A stretch of 64,000 bases of DNA. It comes from an uncultured cyanobacterium (lineage in GTDB: Bacteria > Cyanobacteriota > Cyanobacteriia > Phormidesmidales > Phormidesmidaceae). Made by a program: the position numbers and the translations under genes. The notes beneath the pieces were generated by a model that made no database searches, had not been told where the DNA came from, and saw only the letters and a program-made list of their open reading frames with translations. Of this stretch, positions 31,674-40,593 are shown in pieces (positions within the stretch are counted from its first letter, which is position 1; the number at the start of each line of letters is the position of its first letter). The stretch lies in contig CAWBZI010000004.1 in the NCBI GenBank assembly GCA_963793265.1, positions 640,001 to 704,000 on the forward strand. Direction: 5' to 3'.

Positions 31674-33299
31674 ATGAGAAATTTTTCTGTTCCCGCTACA
31701 GATGACGTTCAGCCCAATATTCTAATAGTTGATGATACGCCCGATAATTTGCGGCTGCTAGTGAAAGTGCTCAGCGAGCATGGATACAGCCCTCGGCCTG
31801 TTACTGACGGGAAAAGGGCGATCGCCGCTGCCCAGCTAGACCCGCCCGATCTGGTTCTGCTCGATATTAAAATGCCTGGCATGGATGGCTATGAAGTGTG
31901 CCAGCAGCTAAAAGCCGACGAGCGCACCTGTGACGTGCCTATTATGTTTCTCACTGTTTTGGATGACGAAGACGACATTGTGAAGGGCTTTGAAATCGGC
32001 GGGGTGGACTACGTGACTAAGCCTGTGAGGCCGCAGGTGCTGCTGGCGCGGATTAAAAATCAGGTGGGGCTGCGATCGCTGCAAAGAAAAATGATCGCAC
32101 AAAGAGAGTTTATGCAAAACGTTTACGACGCGATTGAAGCGGGCGTTTCGGTGATAAAGGTGTGCGGCAACGGGCGGTTTCGGATGACACAGGTGAACCA
32201 GACGGCGCTGCGCATGGCGAAGCTTGAGCGCGAAGAGCTAGAAGGCGTTGATTTGCGCAGGCTGATGACGGCTAAAATGATTCGCGAAAATCAGCAGGCA
32301 GCCGTAGCGCTAGGGGGGCCGGTAACCAAAGAGGTCTTTACTAAAAAGGCAGATAGCGGCGAGATTACCTGGTGGCTCAATACCCATACGCCCCTGCGCG
32401 ACGAGCACGGCGAGATTAAGTGGCTAGTCGGAACAGGCGTTAATATTACCGATCGCAAGCAAACAGAATTGCAGCTTGCCGAAAAAACTGAGGCGCTTTC
32501 TCAAACTTTGCAAACGCTGAAGTCCGCTCAGTCTGAGCTGATTCGCTCGGCTAAGATGGCGGCTTTGGGCAACTTGGTGGCGGGCGTGGCTCACGAGATT
32601 AATACGCCAGTGGGTACCGCGATTACCAGTGCCTCTACGCTAGAGAATGCGACTGAGGCGATCGCGCGTAGCGTCGCTAGCGGTGGCCTCAAGCGGTCGT
32701 CCTTTGAAGGCTATTTAGAAGTCGCTAGCGAGTGCTCTCAGCTTATCTTGAGCAATTTGCATCGAGCGGGGGAGCTGGTACAAAGCTTCAAGAAGGTAGC
32801 CGTCGATCAGTCCAGCCTAAAAATGAGAACGTTTGCGCTCAAGCTCTACCTACAAGAGATTGTGACAAACCTCATGCCAACGATTAATAGAACGCCTCAC
32901 CGCATCACGCTCATCGGTAACGATGACATTACCGTTTATAGCTGTCCTGGCGCTTTGGCCCAGGTAGTCACGAACTTAGTTATTAACTCGCTTAGCCACG
33001 CTTACCCCAAGGGCTCAGCGCCCGAATCAGGGACGCTGCGAATCGCCATTCACGAGCAGCCCGACCAAATTATCTTGCAATACACCGACGATGGCTGTGG
33101 CATTGACCCTGAGCATCAGGGCCGAATCTTTGAACCTTTTTTCACGACTGCTCGCGAGCTAGGCGGCAGTGGGCTGGGTCTGCATTTGGTTTATAACCTG
33201 ATCACCCAAACGCTTCAAGGTAACATTCATGTCGCCAGCACACCGGGCATGGGCACCACGTTTACTATCACCCTACCTAGCACCTTGCCTACTCAATAA
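31674..33299 (+). CDS. Hybrid histidine kinase (REC-PAS-HisKA-HATPase)
   Basis: IVDD/LLDIKMP receiver, PAC-like NITDRK, VAHEINTP, GGSGLGL; ATG 31674 three bases after the upstream stop. Confidence 0.9.
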   Translation: MRNFSVPATDDVQPNILIVDDTPDNLRLLVKVLSEHGYSPRPVTDGKRAIAAAQLDPPDLVLLDIKMPGMDGYEVCQQLKADERTCDVPIMFLTVLDDEDDIVKGFEIGGVDYVTKPVRPQVLLARIKNQVGLRSLQRKMIAQREFMQNVYDAIEAGVSVIKVCGNGRFRMTQVNQTALRMAKLEREELEGVDLRRLMTAKMIRENQQAAVALGGPVTKEVFTKKADSGEITWWLNTHTPLRDEHGEIKWLVGTGVNITDRKQTELQLAEKTEALSQTLQTLKSAQSELIRSAKMAALGNLVAGVAHEINTPVGTAITSASTLENATEAIARSVASGGLKRSSFEGYLEVASECSQLILSNLHRAGELVQSFKKVAVDQSSLKMRTFALKLYLQEIVTNLMPTINRTPHRITLIGNDDITVYSCPGALAQVVTNLVINSLSHAYPKGSAPESGTLRIAIHEQPDQIILQYTDDGCGIDPEHQGRIFEPFFTTARELGGSGLGLHLVYNLITQTLQGNIHVASTPGMGTTFTITLPSTLPTQ

Positions 33300-33470
33300 G
33301 CCTTACAAGAGTGCAAACAGAGGCTACCTACCCGATCGGGTAAGTGAAAAACTACCCAGTTGGTAGCGGCTTTTATCTCCCATAGCAGGACTCTGTAGCT
33401 CATCGGCAAGCGTCATCATAAGCCTGTAAAAAGCGGTCTGTGGTGGGCCTGTAAAAGCAGGTCTGTGTAG

Positions 33471-34829
33471 ATGAAAAAGCTAAACATGCAAGTTAACTAT
33501 TCATACCGAGTGGGCGGAAGCTTGGCTTGGAACGATGCAACGTATGTACGGCGTCAGGCTGATCGCGATCTGTATGACAAAGTTCTTCAAGGTCAGTTTT
33601 GCTATGTGCTGGGGCCGCGTCAAACTGGCAAGTCGTCTCTGCGCATCAGAACAAATCATCATCTAGAGCAAGTAGGCTATCGCGCTTTGTCTATACAGGC
33701 CACTCAAATAGATAGCCACACTAGCCGCCGAGATTCTGAATCGCAGATAGGCTGGCATGAACAGCTCATAGCGTCTATTTGGGATGCTCTGTATCCACAA
33801 GAGGTCGCTACGATATCGTCCTGGCTAGAAGCCACTGCTCGACTCTCTGGCGAGCAACGCCTGGAGCATTTCACCCGCGACTTGCTTTTTCCTGAGCTGC
33901 TAGCGGCCCCTATGGTCATCTTTATTGATGAGATAGATTACCTTTTAAACATCCCAGCGGCTGTTAGCGACCTCTTGAGCTGGATTGAGACGTGCTATCG
34001 GTTGCAGGCTAATAGAAAAGAGTATCAGTCGCTTGATTTTGTCATTATGGGTAGCACCACGACTCGGGCGCTGGTCAGTGCGATTGCTCAGCCAGAGAAA
34101 AGGAAAAGGGTTACTCGAACCCTCTTCTCAGCAAACGGCAAAATTGTTCTTGACAATTTCAAGCTGAGCCAAACTGCCCCTTTGCAGACAGGATTTATTA
34201 ATAAGCTCAACCCGTCAGCTACTCTAAAAGCTATTTTGAGCTGGACAAATGGCCAGCCGTTTTTAACTCAGAAAATTTGTCAAATGGTTGCTAGCCAAAC
34301 AAATACGCTTTTGAGTGCGCTATCGACTAGCAGTATTGATAGCGCAGTGATCGCGCTACCGACAACGATTAATAGCTGGATTGAGCAAATAGTGCGTGCC
34401 AACATTATCCAAGACTGGCTGCTTAAAGACGATCCCGTTCATCTCCGAGAGATTTCAAAACGCTTGCAGCATTCTCCTCGCCGAGCAGCTCTGATGACTC
34501 TGTACAGGCGAATACTCACTGGGCAGCGAGTAGCTTGCAACGGGGATGAGATTCAGCAAGAACTGATTATGATTGGGCTAGTGCTTTGTCATAACCGTCA
34601 GCTACACGTCGCTAATAAAATATATTTGTACGTGTTTGGTGGGCCTAAGCGTCAGTACAGCGCCACCCTAAAAACGTTGCCTACAAAATCGCAAGCTGAC
34701 CCAAAAGCCTCTAATTATCGCCTAACCTCTCAAAACCGTTTTAGGCGATCGCCCATTCGAGGCATTGACATCTTGAGGCGTACGTCAGTTATATCAAGGT
34801 CTGTATTAGTCCCGCTGCATGGCTTCTGA
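33471..34829 (+). CDS. AAA-like (AAA_35-type) P-loop NTPase
   Basis: YRVGGSL..TYVRRQAD, Walker A GPRQTGKSS, Walker B IFIDEID, WTNGQPFLTQK. Confidence 0.82.
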   Translation: MKKLNMQVNYSYRVGGSLAWNDATYVRRQADRDLYDKVLQGQFCYVLGPRQTGKSSLRIRTNHHLEQVGYRALSIQATQIDSHTSRRDSESQIGWHEQLIASIWDALYPQEVATISSWLEATARLSGEQRLEHFTRDLLFPELLAAPMVIFIDEIDYLLNIPAAVSDLLSWIETCYRLQANRKEYQSLDFVIMGSTTTRALVSAIAQPEKRKRVTRTLFSANGKIVLDNFKLSQTAPLQTGFINKLNPSATLKAILSWTNGQPFLTQKICQMVASQTNTLLSALSTSSIDSAVIALPTTINSWIEQIVRANIIQDWLLKDDPVHLREISKRLQHSPRRAALMTLYRRILTGQRVACNGDEIQQELIMIGLVLCHNRQLHVANKIYLYVFGGPKRQYSATLKTLPTKSQADPKASNYRLTSQNRFRRSPIRGIDILRRTSVISRSVLVPLHGF

Positions 34830-34924
34830 TACTCCCCTATAAAATGCCTGTAGAAAGCTATAGTCTGGAAGGTGTTGGCCTCAGCCCTCAACCTTAGAAA
34901 CGCTACCTCTACACAGGCTTTCTC

Positions 34925-35890
34925 ATGCATATTGTGATCACAGGCGGGGCCGGTTTCCTCGGCCAGCGACTCGCCCACCAGCTCGTCAAAGACGCTGAGC
35001 TTCAGTCGCAAGTACGGCAGCTAACGCTGATAGATATCGTTGCCCCGAAGAAACCCAATGCGCCGCCTGATAGCAATATAAAGATCGTCAGCCATACGGC
35101 AGATCTCACCGATTCCGAAGCTGCAAAGCGCTTTATTACCGCCGATGTAACAGCGGTCTATCACCTAGCAGCCGTCGTCAGCGGTCAGGCTGAAGCTAAC
35201 TTTGACTTAGGTATCGCCGTCAATGCCGAAGGCACACGCCATTTGCTAGAGGCCGTGCGTCATCAAGCGCCGGATGCGAAGTTTATATTTGCCAGCTCGC
35301 TAGCTGTCTTTGGTGGCAAGTTGCCAGCGGTGATCACTGACGACACAGCAGTAAGGCCACAGTCTTCCTACGGCACCCAAAAGGCCGTTTCGGAGCTATG
35401 GGTAAACGACTACACGCGCAAAGGCTTTATTGATGGGCGGGTGCTACGCCTGCCGACAGTCTGCGTCCGTCCGGGCAAGCCGAATGCTGCCGCCTCTTCG
35501 TTCGCTAGTGGCATTATCCGCGAACCGCTCCAGGGCGCACAGGCAGTCTGCCCGGTCGATATAGATTTGCCGCTGTGGCTATCAAGCCCTGATGCGGTGA
35601 CGACTAACTTAGTGCGCGGCTTGCTGCTAAGCGCCGACCAATTCTCAGATACTCGCACGGTTAACTTGCCGGGCCTGACGGTGACTGTAAAAGAAATGAT
35701 TGCATCACTTGCTGAGGTGGCTGGCGATACCACAACTAAGCGAATTCAGTATCAGCCCGATGAGGCAATTTCTAGAATTGTTGCGAGCTGGCCGAGTCAG
35801 TTTGATGTAGAGCGGGCGATCGCACTCGGTTTTACTCAAGACAACAGCTTTGAATCCATTATTCGAGCTTTCATTCAAGCAGAGCTATAG
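34925..35890 (+). CDS. denD: D-erythronate dehydrogenase-like NAD-dependent epimerase/dehydrogenase
   Basis: TGGAGFLG, HLAAVVSGQAE, SYGTQK, RPGKPNAAASSFASGIIREPL. Confidence 0.78.
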   Translation: MHIVITGGAGFLGQRLAHQLVKDAELQSQVRQLTLIDIVAPKKPNAPPDSNIKIVSHTADLTDSEAAKRFITADVTAVYHLAAVVSGQAEANFDLGIAVNAEGTRHLLEAVRHQAPDAKFIFASSLAVFGGKLPAVITDDTAVRPQSSYGTQKAVSELWVNDYTRKGFIDGRVLRLPTVCVRPGKPNAAASSFASGIIREPLQGAQAVCPVDIDLPLWLSSPDAVTTNLVRGLLLSADQFSDTRTVNLPGLTVTVKEMIASLAEVAGDTTTKRIQYQPDEAISRIVASWPSQFDVERAIALGFTQDNSFESIIRAFIQAEL

Positions 35891-36419
35891 CGCCAGCTTT
35901 ATAGCTTATTTAAGAATTTGATGAGAGTTTTCTATAGAGTTTTCTATATAGATATCTCTATACAAGTAGATGGCAAAAGAGAATGTCGTATTCGCTACAC
36001 GACGACTAGGCAAACGGCACCTAGATAGACGCTTAGAGCCTCATTAGAGCATCATGTGCAGACAACAAAATTACGAATGAGAATAGACTAAGCTTGAATA
36101 AATTTTTTTGAAATAAAAAAGAAAATAGCTTTCAACCGTCCAAAGTATCTTCCACTTTCGAGCAAAACCGCTATGGTTGATATTAGTATAGATACAACAG
36201 TGCTCCTTCAAGAAGCCGTGCAGTGGAGCTACAAACGTTTGAGGGCAGGTTGTTTTGGCGCTATATCTCTAGCCGTACCCGTTAGAAATGTGCCGCCGAG
36301 GCGAGCTACTCGTGCTAGGCAAACAACACTCAAACCTTTAGACCTTAAGCACTTGAAAGCAAGTGTCTAAAGGCCAGTGCCTGAAGCCAAGTACTCAACC
36401 AACCGCTCACCGGGGGCCT

Positions 36420-37265
36420 ATGTTTAAATCTCTGATTCAGCCACTTCAGCTCTTTTTAAAGGGAGCCACTGGCAAGGACAGGCATCAAAAGCAACAGCTT
36501 ACTCAGCAGCTTACGCGATTGCAAGTTGCCTACGACCAACTGCAAGCAGGCTGCAATACCCTTCAAACCGAGCAAGAGCAGGTGCAGCGCGAGCACCAGC
36601 AGCTTCAGCAAAAGTACGACCGACTACGCCGCGATAAAGAGCTTTTACAGCGCGATCGCAATGAGCTAAATACGCTATTTAACTGTGCCGATAAAGAAAA
36701 TGTAGAGCTAAATCGTGAGAACCGAAAGCTGCGATCGCAAATCAAAAAGCTCAAAGCAGACAACGTAGCGCTAGACGGCAAAATTGTCTATTTAGAACAC
36801 AAGCTAGGTTTACAGGCTTATAGTGACGATGACTTAATAGGTCGAGTGCTAGAGGATGCCAGCCCTAAACAAGCCGTCGAGCTTAAATATTTAGCCGATG
36901 AACCCGATGAGTATTCAGAGTTTGACGCGATGGCGTCGATTGATCTTTCAGACATCACGCTAGCTTTAGTCGGTGGACATGAAACCACCTACCGCGAAGT
37001 CACCGAAGCGTTAAAAAAGCATGGCCTTAAGCGCTGCGTTCACGTACCGCCCCATAGCAGGGAGAGCAACAGCCGTCATCAAATTAGAGACAAAATTAGC
37101 AACTGCGACTTGGTTGTCACCATCACAAGCTACGTAGACCACTCAGTCTCTAACTGCGTCAAGCAGCTAAAAGACACCAGTATGCTCACTGGCGAGGTGA
37201 TTAGAGTGCATTGCCACGGCAAAAGTGGCGTCGTTAGAGAAGTGCTGCAATACTTTGCAAACTAA
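36420..37265 (+). CDS. Coiled-coil protein with C-terminal DUF2325-like domain
   Basis: Heptad Q/L-rich N-half; LALVGGH..DLVV.IT.YVDH C-terminal motif. Confidence 0.7.
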   Translation: MFKSLIQPLQLFLKGATGKDRHQKQQLTQQLTRLQVAYDQLQAGCNTLQTEQEQVQREHQQLQQKYDRLRRDKELLQRDRNELNTLFNCADKENVELNRENRKLRSQIKKLKADNVALDGKIVYLEHKLGLQAYSDDDLIGRVLEDASPKQAVELKYLADEPDEYSEFDAMASIDLSDITLALVGGHETTYREVTEALKKHGLKRCVHVPPHSRESNSRHQIRDKISNCDLVVTITSYVDHSVSNCVKQLKDTSMLTGEVIRVHCHGKSGVVREVLQYFAN

Positions 37266-37350
37266 ACGTCTGTAGATTTACGCAGAGCAGTTATGGCGCT
37301 AAGCTAGTAGCGCCGAACGTGAGGACGTATCAAAACGCACGTCTAACCTT

Positions 37351-37914
37351 ATGCATACTTCTCATTACGCCAGATATCAGCCCAAATGGTTTTTATCTGC
37401 GCTGCCCGTCGCCTGCACCCTGCTAGTCTCAGCGACCGGCTGCAATCAGGTCAGCACCAATGCTTACGAGGCAACGGCCGACTTTGAAGCGACAGCCGCC
37501 ACTACTTACGTTTGGCAAGTAGAATATTTGCCCAGGAATGTTGGTCAAGATCGCCCCAACGACCGACGGCTAGAGCGATTTGAGTCTACGACAGTCACTA
37601 ACGTTAATGGCATTCGTCCTGATGCCGCAGGTTCTGGGCCTGACAGTAAGGGCCTGTGGTGGCCAGTGCTGCCGCCGGAGCCTACGGTAGATGACATTGA
37701 AGATCGCCGTCAGAATGCCGAAAACCCACGCCCCCCTGAGATTATCAAAGCTGTAGACTACAACATCACCTTTAGCCAAGCAGGCGAAACGAAAACGCTG
37801 CCGACTGACTATGACGTTTACCGGCAGGCGGTGAAGGCGTTTGAAAGGGATCGACCTCTAGAGCTGACGCTAGGGCCACAGGATGCTTCGGTGCTAAAAG
37901 CAGAGATTCAGTAG
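37351..37914 (+). CDS. Hypothetical lipoprotein
   Basis: Hydrophobic leader ending in a lipobox-like ATGC. Confidence 0.6.
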   Translation: MHTSHYARYQPKWFLSALPVACTLLVSATGCNQVSTNAYEATADFEATAATTYVWQVEYLPRNVGQDRPNDRRLERFESTTVTNVNGIRPDAAGSGPDSKGLWWPVLPPEPTVDDIEDRRQNAENPRPPEIIKAVDYNITFSQAGETKTLPTDYDVYRQAVKAFERDRPLELTLGPQDASVLKAEIQ

Positions 37915-37983
37915 GGGGCATTTGCCGCTAAAATGCCGCTATACCGTTATTTTTACAGGCGCAGACGATAGGCGCAAAAATTC

Positions 37984-38988
37984 ATGGCTCAGCCCCGCAT
38001 CCTTTCAGGCATCCAAACGACCGGCGACATGCACCTGGGCAACTATTTGGGGGCCATTCGTAATTGGGTAGAGCTACAGGCTGACTATGACTGCTTTTTG
38101 TTCATGGCCGATTTACACGCCATCACAGTGCCGCAAGATCCTAAGCAGTTGGCCGAAAATACGCTGAAAATAGCGGCTACCTATATTGCCTGTGGGATTG
38201 ACCCTGAGCGTTCGACTGTTTTTGTCCAGTCTCAACTGCCTGAGCATAGCGAGCTGGCCTGGCTCTTTAACTGCATCACGCCGCTGAACTGGTTGGAGCG
38301 AATGATTCAGTTCAAAGAAAAGGCAGTTAAGCAGGGCGAGAATGTCAGCGTTGGTTTGATGGACTATCCGGTATTGCAGGCCGCTGATATTTTGCTCTAT
38401 GAGCCTGATATTGTGCCAGTAGGTGAAGATCAAAAGCAGCATTTGGAGCTGACTCGCGATATTGCCGCGCGGCTGAACTTTCAGTTTGGCAGTGAGAAAA
38501 AGCCGATCCTCAAAGTACCTGAGCCGCTGATTCGTAAGGCGGGTGCGCGGGTGATGAGCCTAACGGATGGCACTAAGAAAATGTCCAAGTCCGATCCTTC
38601 TGACCAAAGTCGGATCGATTTGACGGACGCGCCTAATGTGATTACGAAGAAGATCAAGCGGGCCAAGACAGATCCAGAAAGGGGCTTGGAATTTGACAAT
38701 CCCGAGCGGCCTGAATGTAATAATTTGCTGGGACTCTATCAGCTCCTTTCTAATCAAAGTAAAGAGGCTGTCGCGGCTGAGTGTAAGGATATGGGCTGGG
38801 GGCAGTTTAAGCCTTTGCTAGCTGAGACTACGGTAGAGGCGCTGAGGCCAATTCAGCAAAAGTACGATGAATTGATGAGTGATCGCACCTACCTAAAACA
38901 GGTGCTCGCAAGCGGCAAAGAACGGGCTCAGGCCGTCGCTGCCCCCACGCTAGCCAAGGTCAAAACAGCCATGGGGTTTGTTCAATAG
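37984..38988 (+). CDS. trpS: Tryptophan--tRNA ligase
   Basis: HLGNYLGA (HIGH), VPVGEDQKQH, KMSKS. Confidence 0.96.
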   Translation: MAQPRILSGIQTTGDMHLGNYLGAIRNWVELQADYDCFLFMADLHAITVPQDPKQLAENTLKIAATYIACGIDPERSTVFVQSQLPEHSELAWLFNCITPLNWLERMIQFKEKAVKQGENVSVGLMDYPVLQAADILLYEPDIVPVGEDQKQHLELTRDIAARLNFQFGSEKKPILKVPEPLIRKAGARVMSLTDGTKKMSKSDPSDQSRIDLTDAPNVITKKIKRAKTDPERGLEFDNPERPECNNLLGLYQLLSNQSKEAVAAECKDMGWGQFKPLLAETTVEALRPIQQKYDELMSDRTYLKQVLASGKERAQAVAAPTLAKVKTAMGFVQ

Positions 38989-39112
38989 AAGCTTACCTAG
39001 TCACACAAAACGGCATTACTTGTGGAATACAACCGATTTCAATCATGGGGAATACCCTTGCTAGCAAGGGATACTGAGTAAAATAGCCCATAAGAAATCA
39101 TTAGACTTACCT

Positions 39113-40126
39113 ATGAGTGTTGTAGAAAACGGCGAAGCAAACGGACGCGCTATTCCCGGTTCACCTTCTGAACTGATTGCCAATGGCCGCTATAGAGAAG
39201 GCGCTGCTGGCGGTCGTTTGCGATCGGCTATTCGCTCAGGTGAGTTTGTGGTGACGGCTGAGGTGATGCCCCCAAAGGGTGGTAATCCAAGTCACATGCT
39301 AGAGATGGCCGATCATCTCAAAGACTGGGTTCATGCGGTGAATGTGACAGACGGAAGCCGGGCTGTTCTAAGAATGTCGTCTTTGGCCTGTTCGGTGCTG
39401 CTGAAGCAGGCGGGGGTAGAGCCGATTTGTCAGATGACGGGGCGCGATCGCAATGCCATTGCCATTCAAGCCGATCTGATGGGCGCACATGCTTTGGGCG
39501 TTCGTAACGTGCTAGCGCTAACGGGCGATCCGGTGAAAGCAGGCGATCATCCTAAGTCTAAATCGGTCTGTGAGCTAGAGTCTATTCGGATGCTGCGCGT
39601 GATCCGTCAGCTCAATAGCGGTACAGACTATAACGATAAGCCGATGGGCGATGGCGAACTCGATATTTTTGCAGGGGCCGCGATCGATCCGCAGTCGCCA
39701 AGCTGGTCGGGACTACAAAGCCGATTCGATAAAAAGCTAGCAGCCGGGGCGCAGTTTTTTCAGAGCCAGCTAATTTCTGATTTTGACAGGCTAGAGAAGT
39801 TTATGGATGAGATTGCGGCAGGGTGTGATCGCCCTATACTCGCCGGAATCTTCCTCCTCAAGTCAGCCAAAAACGCCGCCTTCATCAACCGCTGCGTTCC
39901 TGGCGTCAACATTCCTGATCACATCATCGAACGCCTTGCTGCCGCCTCAGATCCGCTGCAAGAGGGCGTCAAAATTGCGGCTGAGCAGGTTCAATCAGCC
40001 CGACAGCTTTGCCAGGGCGTACATATGATGGCCGTCAGACGAGAAGATCTGATTCCACAGATCTTAGAAATGGCGGGCGTAGAGCCACAGACAAAGCCCA
40101 TGCAGTATGCCACCGCTCGCCATTAA
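39113..40126 (+). CDS. metF: Methylenetetrahydrofolate reductase
   Basis: TAEVMPPKG, GRDRN, LALTGDP, K..AGAQFFQSQ. Confidence 0.88.
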   Translation: MSVVENGEANGRAIPGSPSELIANGRYREGAAGGRLRSAIRSGEFVVTAEVMPPKGGNPSHMLEMADHLKDWVHAVNVTDGSRAVLRMSSLACSVLLKQAGVEPICQMTGRDRNAIAIQADLMGAHALGVRNVLALTGDPVKAGDHPKSKSVCELESIRMLRVIRQLNSGTDYNDKPMGDGELDIFAGAAIDPQSPSWSGLQSRFDKKLAAGAQFFQSQLISDFDRLEKFMDEIAAGCDRPILAGIFLLKSAKNAAFINRCVPGVNIPDHIIERLAAASDPLQEGVKIAAEQVQSARQLCQGVHMMAVRREDLIPQILEMAGVEPQTKPMQYATARH

Positions 40127-40144
40127 TTTTTGGCTGGTCTAATT

Positions 40145-40591
40145 ATGAATGTGAGCTGGATATGGCAACAGTTTGATCAGCTATCAGCTAGGGGCGTATA
40201 CGAGATATTAGCCTTGCGCCAGAACGTGTTTGTTTTGGAACAAAAGTGCCTGTATTTAGATGTGGACGGCTTAGACATTCAAGCCCAGCATTTGCTTGGC
40301 CGCGATGATGGAGGTGCTTTAGTGGCCTATGCTCGGCTGTTGCCGCCCCACGTAAAATACACGGAGCCTTCTATCGGTCGCGTGCTGGTAGATAAGGCTG
40401 CTAGAGGATTTGGCTTGGGTCGGCGGATAGTCGATTTATGCTTAGAAAAGTGTGCTGCTGACTATTCAGATCAGGGCGTGAGAATTTCTGCGCAGGTTTA
40501 TCTCCAAGACTTTTATCACAGCTTTGGCTTTGAGCGGGTAGGCGATTTGTATGATGACGGCGGCATTGCGCACGTTGAGATGGTGCTTTGA
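40145..40591 (+). CDS. elaA: ElaA-like GNAT acetyltransferase
   Basis: LRQNVFVLEQ.C.Y.D.DG.D, IGRV, SAQVYL..FY..FGF, GIAHVEM. Confidence 0.82.
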   Translation: MNVSWIWQQFDQLSARGVYEILALRQNVFVLEQKCLYLDVDGLDIQAQHLLGRDDGGALVAYARLLPPHVKYTEPSIGRVLVDKAARGFGLGRRIVDLCLEKCAADYSDQGVRISAQVYLQDFYHSFGFERVGDLYDDGGIAHVEMVL

Positions 40592-40593
40592 TC

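Noticed and set aside
35891..36419. Long intergenic region and 65-aa ORF 36173-36370 as ncRNA or small gene
   Set aside because: No recognisable RNA motif, stable long stem or protein signature; likely promoter/5' UTR of the DUF2325-like gene
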